Of a stretch of DNA of 64,000 bases, positions 17,521-32,170 are shown in pieces. The position numbers were made by a program, and so were the translations under genes. This DNA is from the human T2T-CHM13v2.0 reference genome, Homo sapiens: NCBI RefSeq assembly GCF_009914755.1, contig NC_060943.1, one strand, 5' to 3'. The notes beneath the pieces were generated by a model. It did no database searches and was not told where the DNA came from. It was given only the letters and a program-made list of their open reading frames with translations. The number at the start of each line of letters is the position of its first letter. Positions within the stretch are counted from its first letter, which is position 1.

Positions 17521-20519
17521 GCACCCTCAACAGAATCCTAACAACAACTGAGATCTGGCCAGGCACTCCCCACTTTCCCCAGCCTCTGCCTTCCAAGCAC
17601 AAGCTCATTGAATCCAAACAGCCTTCGGTGGTAGGTACTGCTATCAACCCTCTTCCTGAGGCCCACATGACCAAACCACTCAGCCAAGGCCACACAGCAA
17701 GGCAGTGCTGAAGTGAGGATTCAAACCCAAGCAGACCAGCTTCAGAGCTGTGCCATGCAACCCAGAGGCATCCGGGAGTCCAAAACACGGGCCCTGGTGA
17801 GAGAGGGCTGCACAATGTGTACCCTGAACTGTGCCTCCTCACACGGCCCAGACAACCCGCAGGAGGCTGGGACTAGGCCAGAGGCAGGGGGGTCCCTAAA
17901 AGTACAAAGTCCCAGTGGCACAAGGTCCCCAGGCAGGACTGGATGTCAAGTGATACCCACCTATTAAGGGCTGGGTTTTGGGCTATCTCATTATCATTTA
18001 TTCCCCATAAAACAAAAACCCTGAGGTAGGGATTCTTTTATCCCCATGTGACAGATGAGGACACAGACTCAGAAAGGCCAAGTGACTCCCCGAAAGCCAC
18101 ACACTGGTTAGCAGTGGAGCCTTGATTCAAACCCAGAAGGGCAAACCCAAAGCCCCTTCCTCTCACACCTCATCCCTCCTCACCTCAAGGCCAGTTTACT
18201 GAGCAGAGAGGAACTCACGCTTCCAGATTCACCCCATACATTTAACCTGCTGCGCAGCAAATGCCTGGACTTTGCCTGGCAGAAAATGATCATGAAATCC
18301 CTGGGATGGGGGCAGCCTGGGCCCTCAAGAAACATCCCAACCCACATTCCCATTGCCCTTGTTGAGGAGGTCAGTCCTGGGAAATCCTACTCCCTTGTTC
18401 CTTCCCAGGTTCCATCTGAGCTAAGTGCCTCCAGGAAGGGCAGGGAGCCCCATCTCCACACACAGCACGGGAAGAGGGGGTGTGACACAGGCCTACATCA
18501 GAACTCTCACCAGCCTCAGCCCCTGCAGACCCGGTGGGACTGGGCTTTGCTTCTTGTTAGACTAAGGGAAAGGGGGCTTCAATGACAGTCTAGCTCACTA
18601 GAGGCAGAACAAACTGCCACCAGTTCCCTGCCCACTTCTTGCCTGGAGAAAACACCCGCTCCTAGGTGGTGAGTGTGAGCAGCAAATTCAGGCCCACGTG
18701 GGCCAGGTAAATTGGGCTGGCTGCCATGCCCCTCTCACCTCTCCCAGGCTTCCCGCACAAGCACGCAGGCAGGTTGCTTCAGCCCCAAATACAGCAGCAG
18801 AGGTGGTGGTGGCAAAGGGTGGGGCAGGAGGTGGAGGGTCAGGCTTACAGACGGGACGGACCCTCAGGCACAGTGACAGCAGCCCAGCCACTAGGGCCTG
18901 TCCACAAGCCAGGGCTGGCCAGGATCAAGCGAGTCACTCAGGGTCCTCCCAGCTCCTTCCTTCCCTCCAACACTGAAGGCTCTCAGAAGAACCAGCTCCA
19001 AAAAGGGAGCTTGAAGCCTCTTTCCAACCTCCCAGTGCCCACCTCAGAAGCAGGGCTGAGGGCAGAGATGTTTTATAAGCCAGGACCCCTCCCCATGCAA
19101 GGGTCGTATGGACCGGTGTGTGTAGGGGCAGACCTGTGACTGACATCCACCTACACCTGACCCTCATCTCTGAACTCACCCCACTTCCTTGCATACATTG
19201 AAGAGGAAATGGCCCACACTCCATGAATGCCGGGGTCTGAGGTGGGTGACGGCACCCATGAGCCCCTGCCAGAGTCTGTCCACTTCCCAACAGACCCCTT
19301 TCCCACCTTCCCATCCCCAACCATGCCAAGGCCTTCAGGGATGGAGAATGAAATCCTTCCTCCTGCCTCACAGGAACCACTCACCCACACCTGCAGCCTC
19401 TTTCCATACAGGACTCTGGGACACAGGGCCATCAGCTCCAGCAGCATCTAACACGAGCAGGTCCACAGCAACCTTGCTGGTAGCCTCTCTTCTGCTACTT
19501 CCTGGGTCCACACTCAGCCTAGGTGGGACCAGCCTCCCCCCTGCCAAGGTGAGGACAGGAAGAGGCATGGCTAGGGAGCTGTCAGTCATACCTCATGGTG
19601 GTAGGCAGCATTTAAAGCCAGGTGGCACCTCTCACCTGGTTACTCGTCACCCCACTCACACAGCCTGACACAGCCTCACTGCCTCCCCATACTCACAGAG
19701 AAGCAGATTCAGCTCCTGCTGCTCTAGGCTGGGAAAGGAGCAGCGGGTCAGCCTCTACCCTCTTTCTCTGAGAACCAGACCATGCCCCAGGCTGCACACT
19801 GCTGGCAGAATCAGCCTAGGGGGTAAAAAGCTTGGGTTCTCAGCCCACTCCAGGACCAGGATGGGGCCTTTCATCTAGGCTTCTGACACCCACACACTCG
19901 GAGGTCCTGGTCCCCATGGTACCCCAGTGCCCAGCACAGAGCCTGGCACAGATCAGGTGCTCAAATATGTGTTAAATGAAAACAAAATAGGATGAGATCA
20001 GTCCCTTACTCCTACTATATGAAACTGCTTCTCCCTCCATCGTATGGCGTGTGGACCAGGAGGCCTCGGGTCCTTCCGGACCAGACAGTCTGTGATAGCC
20101 ATGAGCACCTGAAGCCTGGGGTCCATGGTTCCCTGAACCTGTTACAATCTCTGCCAGGCAGAGAATGCACTGACCAGCTCCCAGAGTGGATAGGGACCCA
20201 GGTGTCCCTGAGCCATCCCAGGTGCCAGAGCGTGACCTAGCTCTGAATGGAGACACAGGTTTCTTCTGGACTGACCCAGGACTGGCAGGAGCAGGATCAG
20301 AAGGGCCACCTTAACCTGCTCACTCCTCCTCTGTACCAGCCAAATGTCCACAGCCAGGCCAAGTGTCTAGATTTGCTCAGCCTGACCTCTCGACACATGT
20401 TAGCACAAGTGGTTTCCCACCCGTCTTTGTTGTTGTTTAGCATCTGTTGAGGGCTAAGTGCTGGGGTGAATGCCTCGCCTATATCACTCAACCTTCTCAG
20501 CCTATCTATGAAGCCGGGT

Positions 20520-21404
<885 letters not shown>

Positions 21405-22983
21405 TAGGAGCTCCCCAGAGCCCACTGTCTGTCCCATCCACCCAGGTGCTCATGCTCCCAACTTGTTAGTGCCAACTCCTGGCCATGGGACAGCAAAACC
21501 TCAGACAACATCTACTCATCCCTCAACCAACCCACGTCAAATCTTGCCTGGGCCCAGCCCAATCTCTTCTACGGCCTCCTGCCTCATCTCCTTCCCTCAC
21601 CCCCTGCCGTTCAGCTAACTTCCTAAAACAAAGGTGGCAATTGTGCCATTCCCTTCCTTCCAACCTACTGTGCCTATCCATCACCTGGCTGGGCGAACCC
21701 TTCCACCTTTCTCTACCCACATGTCCACTACCCACACCTCTCCAGTCACCCCATCTCTCCAGGCTCTTGCTCTTGCAGTTTTCTTGGCCAAGTAAGTGGC
21801 CCTTCCCAACAGAGCAAAATTCTACTTACATGAGAAGGCCCAGCTACCCCTTCCCCGAGGCTCCCCAGCAGACTCATGGCAGCATCCCTGAACCCACAGC
21901 TCAAAGTTCTGTGGACATCAAGCACCGTGTCTTGTTGGAGAACCACTTGTGTGGGGTTGACTTCCCAGCCTCACAGAGCTTCCTGAGGGCAGGGCTAGGT
22001 CTGATTCATCTCTGGAGTATAGGTGTAGAGCAGAACCTGGCACAGAGAGGGAACCAGCACACCCTGTTTTAACTGACTGCCCAGTGAGCCTGGTCAGCAG
22101 ACATTGGGTAGGCCGTAGGGCTTGTCCACTTGAGCTTTCCAGGCAAAAAAAACTGTCAGAGCTGGGGATTCGTGCTTAGTTTGGCAAGGCTCAGTATTAG
22201 AGGCTGAAGAACCCTTGGCAGAACTGCCAGCCCATCCAGTTGCGGCAGTGCCACCCCACAGCATAGCAAGAGGCTACATTGGCAAGCCCTGACTCACCAT
22301 AGGTTGTAAGAACAGCCAGACGCCCATGGGGTGCTAGTGATGCTGGGTTCATCTATGACTGCAGTACTCTGGACATTCTGAGCTGCTCATCTGGTTCCAC
22401 TAGATCCCCAGGCCCTCTCCCAACTAGGCGGTTTGAGGTCTAAGGAAATGCCATATCCCCTGGGTATGGAGCTTGGAATCTTACCTCTTCAGCCATTCTG
22501 CTGACTCCTAACCCTGCCCTTTTAGCCCTCAAGGGCCTACAACTACCGCAGGAGAGCTGAGGGGTGGAAAGCACAGAAACAGCATGACATAAGCCCAAAG
22601 AGTGGCCAGAATCTGAATGGCTTGGGCTGATAGCACTGGCCCCAAATGGAGATGGAAAGAGGGATGACAACAAGAGGAAGCAGCGGACCAAAGTCTGGCA
22701 GAAGCTAGGGACTCATAGTGGTATCATCCACTGTATTTGAAAATCCTTGAGTAGCCGTGGGCAAGGAGAACTAGACTCAGACAAGTAGAAAGCCCGCAAA
22801 TGGATTCCCGGGGCAGAAGTCCAGGCTAAATCTGGAAGGCGCTTCAAGCTCACAGGGGAGGGGTCTGCAGGGCCAGCTGGAGGATTTTCCTACCCTTTCC
22901 TCAGCAACCAAAACTACCCTCCCCAAAGAAGCCCTGGCCCACTAGGTCCATCCATGGGGCAGAACCCCATGGAGGCTCCTTAC

Positions 22984-23250
22984 CATGCAGGGTTGTCCTA
23001 GTGGACAGCGATGGAGCAGAGTTTGGGGGAGATGCTGCAGCTCTGGTGAGAAGCCACCCAGTCTCACCATAGGGCTCCACATGGAACTTGTAGGGATGGG
23101 GGGTGAGCCGGCACTCACTGCCACCCCAGCCAACTGCCCTGAGTACCCGGCAAAGCCCAGCAGCATCAGCAGCAGTAACAGAGTCAGGTCCAGTAGTAAC
23201 AGTAACAGGTCCGACATGGCTCTGGACCCCTGCACCGCACCCCAAGGCAG
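22984..23250 (-). pseudogene. TEX264 (pseudogene): TEX264 unprocessed pseudogene, first coding exon
   Basis: ATG at 23217 gives MSDLLLLLLDLTLLLLLMLLGFAGYSGQLAGVAVSAGSPPI, then frameshifted YKFHVEPYGETG..., versus TEX264 MSDLLLLGLIGGLTLLLLLTLLAFAGYSGLLAGVEVSAGSPPIRNVTVAYKFHMGLYGETG; polypyrimidine-AG acceptor at 23251 and GTAAG donor at 22983; deletions and an in-frame TAG; later exons not seen. Confidence 0.93.
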
Positions 23251-24396
23251 CTGCAACAGAGAAAGAAGGGAGAGGAGGCTGGTAGCCATCTCCAACAATG
23301 TGCCCACCTGACCACCAACCAGTTCTGCCCCCAGCTCCTCAGCCCTGCCTTGGGTGCTTTGACCCAGGAGGTGGAGGGGCCAGAGGTGTCAGCACATAGT
23401 GACCTAGAAGAGAGCTATAAAGGATGACTGAAGCCACAAGCCTCTTTATTTCTTAATCACAGTAGGTGAGGATCTCAGAACAGCTTTACCTGTCAGCTGG
23501 CAGCCCTGGTCACACCTGGGGAAACTGAGTCACAGAGGGGCACAGAAGTGAGTCATCCAGGGACATACTCCTGGCCTGGACAACTCTACCCCAAGATATG
23601 GCAGATGCCAGCCAGCCTGCCTTTCTTCCACAATACCATACTCCTTGCCTGGACAAGTCTCCCCCAAGATGTGCCAGATGCCAGCCAGCCTGCCTTTCCT
23701 CCACAATACCACTTCTTTCCCACAGCAGAGCCACACTGCCAGTCCAGCCTCCTGAAGCCTCAGGGGCTACTGCCAGAGGGAGGGCAGACGAATACCAGGG
23801 TCCACACACCTATCAACAAACAGGGAAACCATAAGGAACAAAATTCCCTGGGGGGAAATGTGAGACGGGAAGAGAATTTCATAGGAAACTCTCCTTTGCT
23901 AAGTACATCTGGCCTGCAGGGACCTTGCTCTCCAGCAAGCTCACCCATCCAGAACCAGAGGGAAGACCACAGCAAAATGGCCTGAGCAGCTAGAACAAAG
24001 TCCACCATTAAGCTTCCCAGACTTGAACCACCCATGTTAACAAGCCTCATCCTAATTTTCTACCCCGAAGAAACAGTGAGGAGTGAGAGGAAAAGGTTGC
24101 CAGAAGGGGAGTCTCAGAACAGGAAGCAGTAACAGTTACGCATAGAGGAAGGGAAGCTGTTCAAGAGCGGGCCCAGGAACACAACACAGAACCACTGTGT
24201 GAGCTATTCCAGGCAGGCTGCCTAGGTTTCCAGGCAGCTCGGGACCAGAGGCCTAACCCTCTTACACAGAGGCCTTGACCTGAGTTGCCTGGAGAGGGGG
24301 GAATTGTAGCCCAGAGAATACTGTTTAAAGAGGAAGGGAAGCATGTGACCCACTGGGGGAACATTCCCACCCCAATTATTTAAAACTAATACTTAA

Positions 24397-24879
<483 letters not shown>

Positions 24880-25580
24880 TAAAGTAAATTTCTAAACTTT
24901 TGGTGTCAGGACACAGAGGTGCTGCCCACTGGTCTCAGCCATCTGTGCTCCTACCCATCAGTATCTCTCTCTCTTTTCTGCCTGTCCTACTCATCTTGTC
25001 TCCAGTTAGTTTCATTCCTGTTGTCTTTGATGATAATGATAAGAAATCTTCCACCGAGCACTTACTATACGCCAGGCACTAAGTGTCGAAACACAGCTGC
25101 TTCATTCATCCTCAAAGCAATCCGACAAGACAGGTATGGCTAAGGGCGCAAGAGGTTAGAGGTTAAGAGACTTGCACAAGGTCACACAGGTATTAAACAG
25201 AGCCACGTGGACCAAAATGCAGGCAACATGAACCCAAACACTCAGACTCCAGGCCCCCATTTCCACTTCCTCTCTCCTCTCTGGTGACTGGCTTCCAGAA
25301 AGACTCAAGAATTTAATCTTTGTTGGACATCTCTGAGCCCAAAGCTGCAAAACTCTTAGCATCTAGGCCCCCCACTTGCCATGGGAATGACAAGCCCTCA
25401 CTCTGATCTGCCATCTCAGCTGAGCACTTCCTGTCCCCTGAAGGGAACTTAGTATCCACCTTTCTCTTCTTCTCACCTCCCAAACTGTTCAGAAAGGGGA
25501 AAAATGCACCTGCAGGCCCCAGGGCTTTGGTCAGCACGGGGAGGGGTAATGTAAATTTCCCCTGTATTCAAGAGAAAAGG

Positions 25581-25897
25581 GGCCGGGCATGGTGGCTCAG
25601 GACTGTAATCCCAGCACTTTGGGAGGCCAAGGCGGGCAGATCACCAGAGGTTGGGAGTTCAAAACCAGCTTGGCCAACATGGTGAAACCCGGTCTTTACT
25701 AAAAATACAAAAATTAGCCGGGTGTGCTGGCGCGCGCCTGTAATCCCAGCTACTCGGGAGGCTGAGGCAGGAGAATCGCTTGAACCCCCAGAAGGCGGAG
25801 GCTGCAGTGAGCCGAGATCTCGCCGCTGCACTCCAGCCTGGGGGACAAAGTGAGACTCCATCTCAAAAAAATAAAAAGAAAAAGAAAAGAGAAAAGG
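25581..25897 (+). mobile_element. Alu (AluS-type)
   Basis: Full-length Alu; TSD aagagaaaagg. Confidence 0.9.
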
Positions 25898-25949
25898 AAG
25901 ACGGGCTGGGAGCTTGCCTGAAACTCCAGGCTTACGTTAGTTAACTCAT

Positions 25950-27070
25950 GGCCTCCAGTGTGGCCGGTACGAGTGCTTCAATGCCGGGAGCTGAAAAGGA
26001 ACAGTCACTCCGGAACAGGAAATAACCTCTGAGCCGAGCACCACGCCCTGACTCCCTTCTTCAGGGAAAGCCCCCCGGGGCCTCTGAAGCACCCTCGCCC
26101 CACTCTCAACCCCCTTGGGGGAAATCAGAAGCCAAACCTAGATTCACAGTGTCAGGGATCTTCCCTAGAGTCTGGGTCACGCCCCTCTTCCTGGAGGGCT
26201 TCAGGCACACCTGGCGCCCAGGAACTGCCGCCGACCGGGCTGCGCCCTCTCTCAAGCCTGGGTGTCCCCTCCGCTCAGAGGTCGGCGCGGGCGAGCGTCA
26301 GGGAAGGCTGTCCCCGCGGGCTTCCTGCTGCCGACCCCGTGCGCGGGGCCCGGAGGCCGGGTCCTTTAGGGTCCCCGCCGCAGGCTAAACTTCAGTGCTG
26401 GAGGTGCAGGGGCCACCGCCTCGCGCGGTCGGATTCCAGCCCCTGCTCACCCTGTCCTCGCCTGTTAACTTACAGCTTTTCTTGTCTCCCACCTCCTTGC
26501 CGAGTCCCGCACATCTGTAACTTCAGCGACGCTGAAGTTTGCAGCCCGCGTGAGAGGCGCGGCCCTGGGGGACAGGGCAGAGTTAAAACGCGACTCGGGC
26601 CTCCCTCCCCAGCTCCACTGCCCCGGGCGTGCCCTGAGCCTGCGGCCTTGGCAGTGGGCCCGGAAGGGTGGGTGCTGCCCCAAGGTCGCATCCAGGCCCT
26701 CGGACCCTGCCGGGGCCAGTAGTGGGCAAGACGAGACTCCAAGAGCGGCCGGGCCGCTGGGGTCACTGGGGATAGTCCTGAGGTCTTGCCGGGTAGGATG
26801 GGGGTCCCAGACCCACGCTCCAGCGGGGACGCCCCGACTCCAGCCCGGCCCCGGCTCCGGACCGGCCGGGTCTCCGACACCGTCCGCCACTCACGCCGAT
26901 CCGCCCCCTCTCTGGCAGAACTGGGCCCTGGGCGTGGCCGTGGCCGTGGGCGTGGCTCTACCCATGGCCTGAGCGCGCGGGACCCGGAGGGCTGATGCCT
27001 CCCCGCCCCGTCTCCACAGCAACGGGCGTGTGCGGGGACCCAGAGCTGGCTGGGGTGGAAACCGCGGCCT
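25950..27070 (-). promoter_or_regulatory. CpG island promoter and non-coding first exon(s) of the TEX264 copy
   Basis: Very CpG-dense with GC/KLF boxes (gggcgtggc x2, ccccgcccc); minus-strand donors GTGAGT (~26893) and GTAAGT (~26473); 3.5 kb upstream of the TEX264-like coding exon. Confidence 0.8.
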
Positions 27071-28803
27071 ACTTTCCCGCCTCCAGCAAACTCTGCAATT
27101 GCTGAGGTTGATTTAGCAGCACCCAAGGGATCTGGGTCGGCAAGAGCACCTCAGTGACAGCCTGGCACCGGGGTCCGCAGGAGAAGGCCAGGCTGGGGCC
27201 AGGGAGCTGAGGCTGAGGAGGAGCGTTTGCACAGGCTAGGGAGACACGGCACAGCAGTATCCGCCTCAGACATTTGTAGCACCGTTAGTCCTGCCACTTT
27301 CTCTCACTGTAGCTTCGCAACAGACTTGGGAACCAAGCAAGGCATGGCTGAGGAAGCTTAAGCCCAGTCTGGGCTCGCGGAAGAAGCTGGTGGATCCAAA
27401 TATCTGCTTCCTGCCTCCACCCACCCCTCCCCGCTCCGTGAGCACATTCATCCATCCAACATTTATGATCACTCCCTGCCAGGGCAATTCTAGGGGCTGG
27501 GGATACAGTGAACAAGACCAAGGCTCCGCCCTCCTGGAGTCCACATCCCAGGGACATGCCCTTCTTCCAGGCTCCTCCCTCAGTGCCCTGGTGGTGGCTG
27601 GGGGAGGCTGGTCTGCCTTTCTGGTTAGCGATAGCTTAGGTGACTCCCAGGTCAAGTGTAAGCTCCTTGATGATGGCAGGAAACTGGTGGTGGAAACAGT
27701 CAGTAATCATGGGGTGGTTCACCTTGTGGATCCCACTACTGCATTAGCAAAGAGCAGGCTGGGCACACAGGGGCAGTCATCATCCCGCTTCCTTTCTCTC
27801 TGCTTCACGTTCTTCCTTCCGCAGGCAGGGGAGATGGAACCTGGTCCACAGGGCCAAGCCTGTCCCAGCCCTCCAGGCAGACCGGCGGAATAGGTAGCTG
27901 GCCCCTCACAGGCACTGCGATCCGGGTCAGTGCAGATCGCGGCAGTTATTTTACCTATGAACGCCCAGCACACCGTCAAACGCTCAGCTCAGGTGCCCCA
28001 GGCGGGCAGGCTTTTCACTTGGGAGCATTTCCTTTGACACAAAGGGGACCATGGCACTGGCTCAGAGACTAACAGCCTCTGCCTGCAGGGTCTGCTGGTC
28101 AGTTCTCCTGCTTCTCAGGAGGTGGTCAACTTTTCCCAGGAAGCCATTGTAAGGAGGCGCCCATTCTTCATCTTGTCCTCTCTGCTCACTTCCTTTAGCG
28201 TGGTTGGGGAACTCCAGAGCCCCACATCACAGTTCAGCACGTGCCTCAGGAGCTTCAGCACCTCCTTCGTGAAAGGAGAGTCTGCCGGTAACGGGGGAAG
28301 CAGGCCATCAGCCTGCCCAGCTTCATCTCAGGCCGCTTCCAACAGCGCCAAGCAAACTCCCTTGGCAAGATCCATGCAAGGCCGCGGCTGACCACCGGGA
28401 GGCAGCAGCCTACTCTGCAAGGCACTCTCTTTACCCGACCCCCACCCCCTTTTAACAGGTGGCAGGAAACCTGCTGGCCCAGCCATCTGCCGCACCCACC
28501 CTTCACTCCCAGTCCCATCTCCCCATAGCACAGATTTCCCTATCATGAGCCCAGACGTGGCCTGCATCTCCTCTTGCCTTCCTCTGCCCAAGGAATCCCT
28601 ACAGAGATTCTTTCTCTATCTTCCTTTATACATTTCCACAGAATTGTTTCCCCAGGGCCCCTCCCCTTGAAGAAATTAGACAGGAAGCTGGAGTAGATGG
28701 TTCCCTCTTTCCCACCTCTCACACTCCCAAGCTCTGGTTAACTCTCTGTGGGCCAGTGGCTAGATTCCCCAACACAGATGACAACTGAACAATACACATG
28801 CAG

Positions 28804-29255
28804 CGTAAGAATGTTGTCGCTGCCACCAGCCACTTACAGATACACCATTGCTAAGGTCCACCCAACTGGACTGTTTCCCCCTTCCATAGACTAAGCCCCA
28901 AAGGCCAAAAATAAAACCCCCTACCCCAAACCTGCCTATAACTGTTTGACCAGAGGCCAGCTGTCCCAGGATGCGGTTAAGATGTCTACCTTGCACAACA
29001 GAACTGGCAAGAAAAACATCTCCAGGAAGCGGTCAGATACACGGCACAAAGGACTCCCCCCTCCCCGCTTTTCCTTTTCCTTCACCCTGACCCAGTTCTA
29101 CGCCCTGTAAGACGTTGCTCCAGCCTATAAGTGGGGCTGCCTCCTCTGCTTTTGTCAAGAGATAGCCCGGCAGGACTGACAATAAATCAGTTTGCCTGAA
29201 CTTGGGTCTATTGGCCTCATTCCTTTCTTGGCTGTCCTTCCAATTATCCCTTACA
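28804..29255 (+). mobile_element. Solo LTR (LTR32-like, ERVL)
   Basis: TATA-like ctataa, AATAAA at 29181, terminus ...ccaattatcccttaca. Confidence 0.65.
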
Positions 29256-29589
29256 ACCATCTCCCACCCTCTGAAGGCACTGCACCCAATCCCCAGCCGT
29301 TCGCAGTCTGGTCAGGGCTGTCTGTGCAGGACTTGTCATGGCTGAGGCCCACATAGCCTCAAGCCACTCTGAAGTCAGCTTGCTGTTTCCCCTGGAGCCT
29401 GGAAATACATCCCTCTTCAGGTAAACAAAAGCAGAAAAAGCCCAGTGAACCCCACTGTAACAAAGAAACTGCCAGCAATCTTCCTTCTGTTCCTGCCTGT
29501 CTCACCACCCAAGGACTATCGCAGAGCCCACTGTGTTCTAAGATCTATTCTTTTCACTACCACCCAGCCAACCCGGTGTCCAGACCATT

Positions 29590-30178
29590 CCTTGATCAAA
29601 TAACACTGTCTTCTGGAGTTTTAATTTTATCTTACAAAAAGTGAAATAAGGAAAACTGATAGGCAATTATACTGACTTACAATTTTTCTGTTTGCTTTTT
29701 TTTTTTAAGCAACATGAAACGCCAGTAAAAATAAATATGTCACAGAAACAGCCACTTGTCCAGTCTCTGGGGCAAGAACTCCAGCCCTGCTGAGAGAAGG
29801 GAAGCCCACCATCACCCCAGCAGCTGGATCGCCAAGCCACAGATGCTCCTCAAAGCCAGGCACAGGTCCCAGGCCTCAGGGGCATCCTGAGGAAAGAAGA
29901 TGGAAAACCAAAGCCAGTTGCCCAGACCCTGGGGCCACCTCATCAACCCCCACTCCTCCTGGCAGCCGTCTGGCCTTAGTGGTTAATCATTTGCGGCATC
30001 TCCGCCTTTGCCCACCTGGACCCTCTTTCCCTGACCTCTCTGAAGAGGGCACAAGGAAAAAACCTGTCTTGGGCAGGCTGGGGGGATTCTTCCAGTGAGT
30101 CCCCAGCCCACCCTGAGTAACACAACCAGCTAACAGTCATTTTACACCCAGGTGCACATGAGCACAGCACACACATAA

Positions 30179-30233
<55 letters not shown>

Positions 30234-31150
30234 CTGGACTGAGCTGTCTTCCAGGAAGGGTCTTGGGTCTGGTCACAGTATGAGGTCCTCTCTCTTCTGA
30301 ATATCATCTCAATAGTGGTGGCAGAGAGAACCCAAACCTCCCCAAGCCCCTGCATTGCAGACTCTGTAGCCGGCCTGGCTACCCCTCCCCAGCACACAGG
30401 ATTACTATGTCCAATAGACCTGCAAAAGGGAAAGGAGCACACTCAGGACCCGGAAGAGCAAAGAAGGTGGACACTGTCTGCTCAGGACACTCTTCGTTGT
30501 AAGACTCGGGTATAAATAAAAGGCCCAGGGCCAAGCTAGTGGCACAGAACAGACATTAAGGGGTTCACCATGGAATACACAGGGCAGAAGAGAAGACTTG
30601 GCAGCAGGGAAATGGAGTCTGAAGGTGACCAATGGAGAGCACAGCATTCTCAGTGCTTGAGATGCAGATTCCAGGGAGCAGTCAGCAGAGGGCCAGAACA
30701 TCTTGTGGGGATCCTTTTGGGGAGAGATGACTTCTCTTAGGAGTTTTGGTGGGGAAGAGCCACTGAGCTCGGTGCACAGAAGGCCACGGTTTACAGGGAG
30801 ACACTGGTCTTCTGAGAAATCAAAAAAGAAAGTGGGAAGCAGGAAGTTATATCCAGAACACTAGTATAAAGGAATGAAAAGCCCCCAGAGACCTTCCCCC
30901 ATGGGATGAGGACTCAATTGCAAAGCAATACCAGGCTTGAATTGACTGACACAGAGGGCCTTTCTCTGCTGACAGCTTTGGGAGTGATGGTCCCACCCAG
31001 GCCGCTTAAGTCTGGCTAAGTGTTTCAACCAGTCTGCACAACTTTAACCCAGCTCTTTGCTGTTTGCTGCTGGATTGGGAAATTTCATATTTAGCAGTGA
31101 ATCACAAGTATACAGAGTCTCCACACACTAATTCCTAGAGAAGAGAACTC
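29590..31150 (-). pseudogene. Probable duplicated distal 3'UTR and poly(A) site of RAD54L2
   Basis: Non-repeat AU-rich 3'UTR-like sequence with minus-strand ATTAAA (~29620-29625) about 2.6 kb upstream of the TEX264-like promoter; recalled synteny places RAD54L2 immediately upstream of TEX264 on the same strand. Inferred, not aligned. Confidence 0.5.
30180..30232. repeat. (CT)n(CA)n microsatellite
   Basis: Direct reading. Confidence 0.95.
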
Positions 31151-31154
31151 TGAA

Positions 31155-31542
31155 TAAAGGAGGAGAACACCCCTCATATTGTCTTATGCCCAATTTCTGC
31201 CTCCAAAGAAAGAAGAAGTAAAAACTAAAAGGCAGAAATGAAATCCACAAGCAGACAGCCCAGCGCCACACCCTGGGCCTGGTAGTTAAAGATCGACCCC
31301 TGACCTAATCGGTTACTAGTGGTGCATGCAGCCCCCAGTCATGTACCCCCTCCTTGCTCAATCAATCACGACCATCTCACACGCACCCCCTTAGAGTTGT
31401 GAGCCCTTAAAAGGGACAGGAATTCTCATTCAGGGAGCTCAGCTCTTGAGACAGGAGCCTTGCCGATGCTCCCAGCCAAATAAACCGCATCCCTCTTTAA
31501 CTCGGTGTCTGAAGGGTTTTGTCTGTGGCTTGTCCTGTTACA
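31155..31542 (+). mobile_element. Solo LTR2 (HERV-E), internally deleted, no matching TSD
   Basis: taaaggaggagaacacccctcatattgtcttatgcccaatttctgcctcc...gtcctgttaca matches recalled LTR2 termini. Confidence 0.85.
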
Positions 31543-31610
31543 CAAGCACCAGATAGAATTATCCCTAAATCAAGAGATGATGAGATAGACGCTTAAGAAG
31601 CATAACTCAG

Positions 31611-31896
31611 GGCCAAGTGCAGTGGCTCACACCTGTAATCCCAGACTTTGGGAGGCCAAGTTGGGCAGATCATGAGGTCGAGAGATCAAGACCATTCTGG
31701 CCAACATGGTGAAACCCCGTCCGTACTAAAAATACAAAAATTAGCCAGGTGTGGTGGCAGGCGCCTGTAATCCCAGCTACTCAGGAGGCTGAGACAGGAG
31801 AATTGCTTGAATTTGTGGAGGTTGCAGTGAGCTGAGATCACACCACTACACTCCAGTCTGGGCGAGAGAGTGAGACTTTGTCTCTAAGAAAAAAAG
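31611..31896 (+). mobile_element. Alu
   Basis: Alu consensus with A tail. Confidence 0.9.
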
Positions 31897-32170
31897 CCCC
31901 AAATTCCATATGCCTGCCCTTAAAGTTATTCCCAAATTACCTCTAACCTTTAAGATATGTCTCACTTTCTCCAAGATAATAAAAGATGTGGGTGAAGGAA
32001 AAGAAAAACCCAATCAATCAAATAGGTGAAGAAGCAGACATAAACAGGCAGAAGGGAAATGGCAGCAACATAAAATAAGCCAGAGGCAAAGTATCCCCCA
32101 AACCAGAGGAGCCTTGGGGCATGCACAGCTGGAGAGAGCAAGTCAGAGAGGGATCTTGGCACTGCCTCAC

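Noticed and set aside
22942-23307. Functional TEX264 gene
   Set aside because: Indels, in-frame stop and absence of downstream exons show it is a partial duplicate
26149-27126. Overlapping ORFs up to 218 aa
   Set aside because: Expected stop-codon depletion in a CpG island
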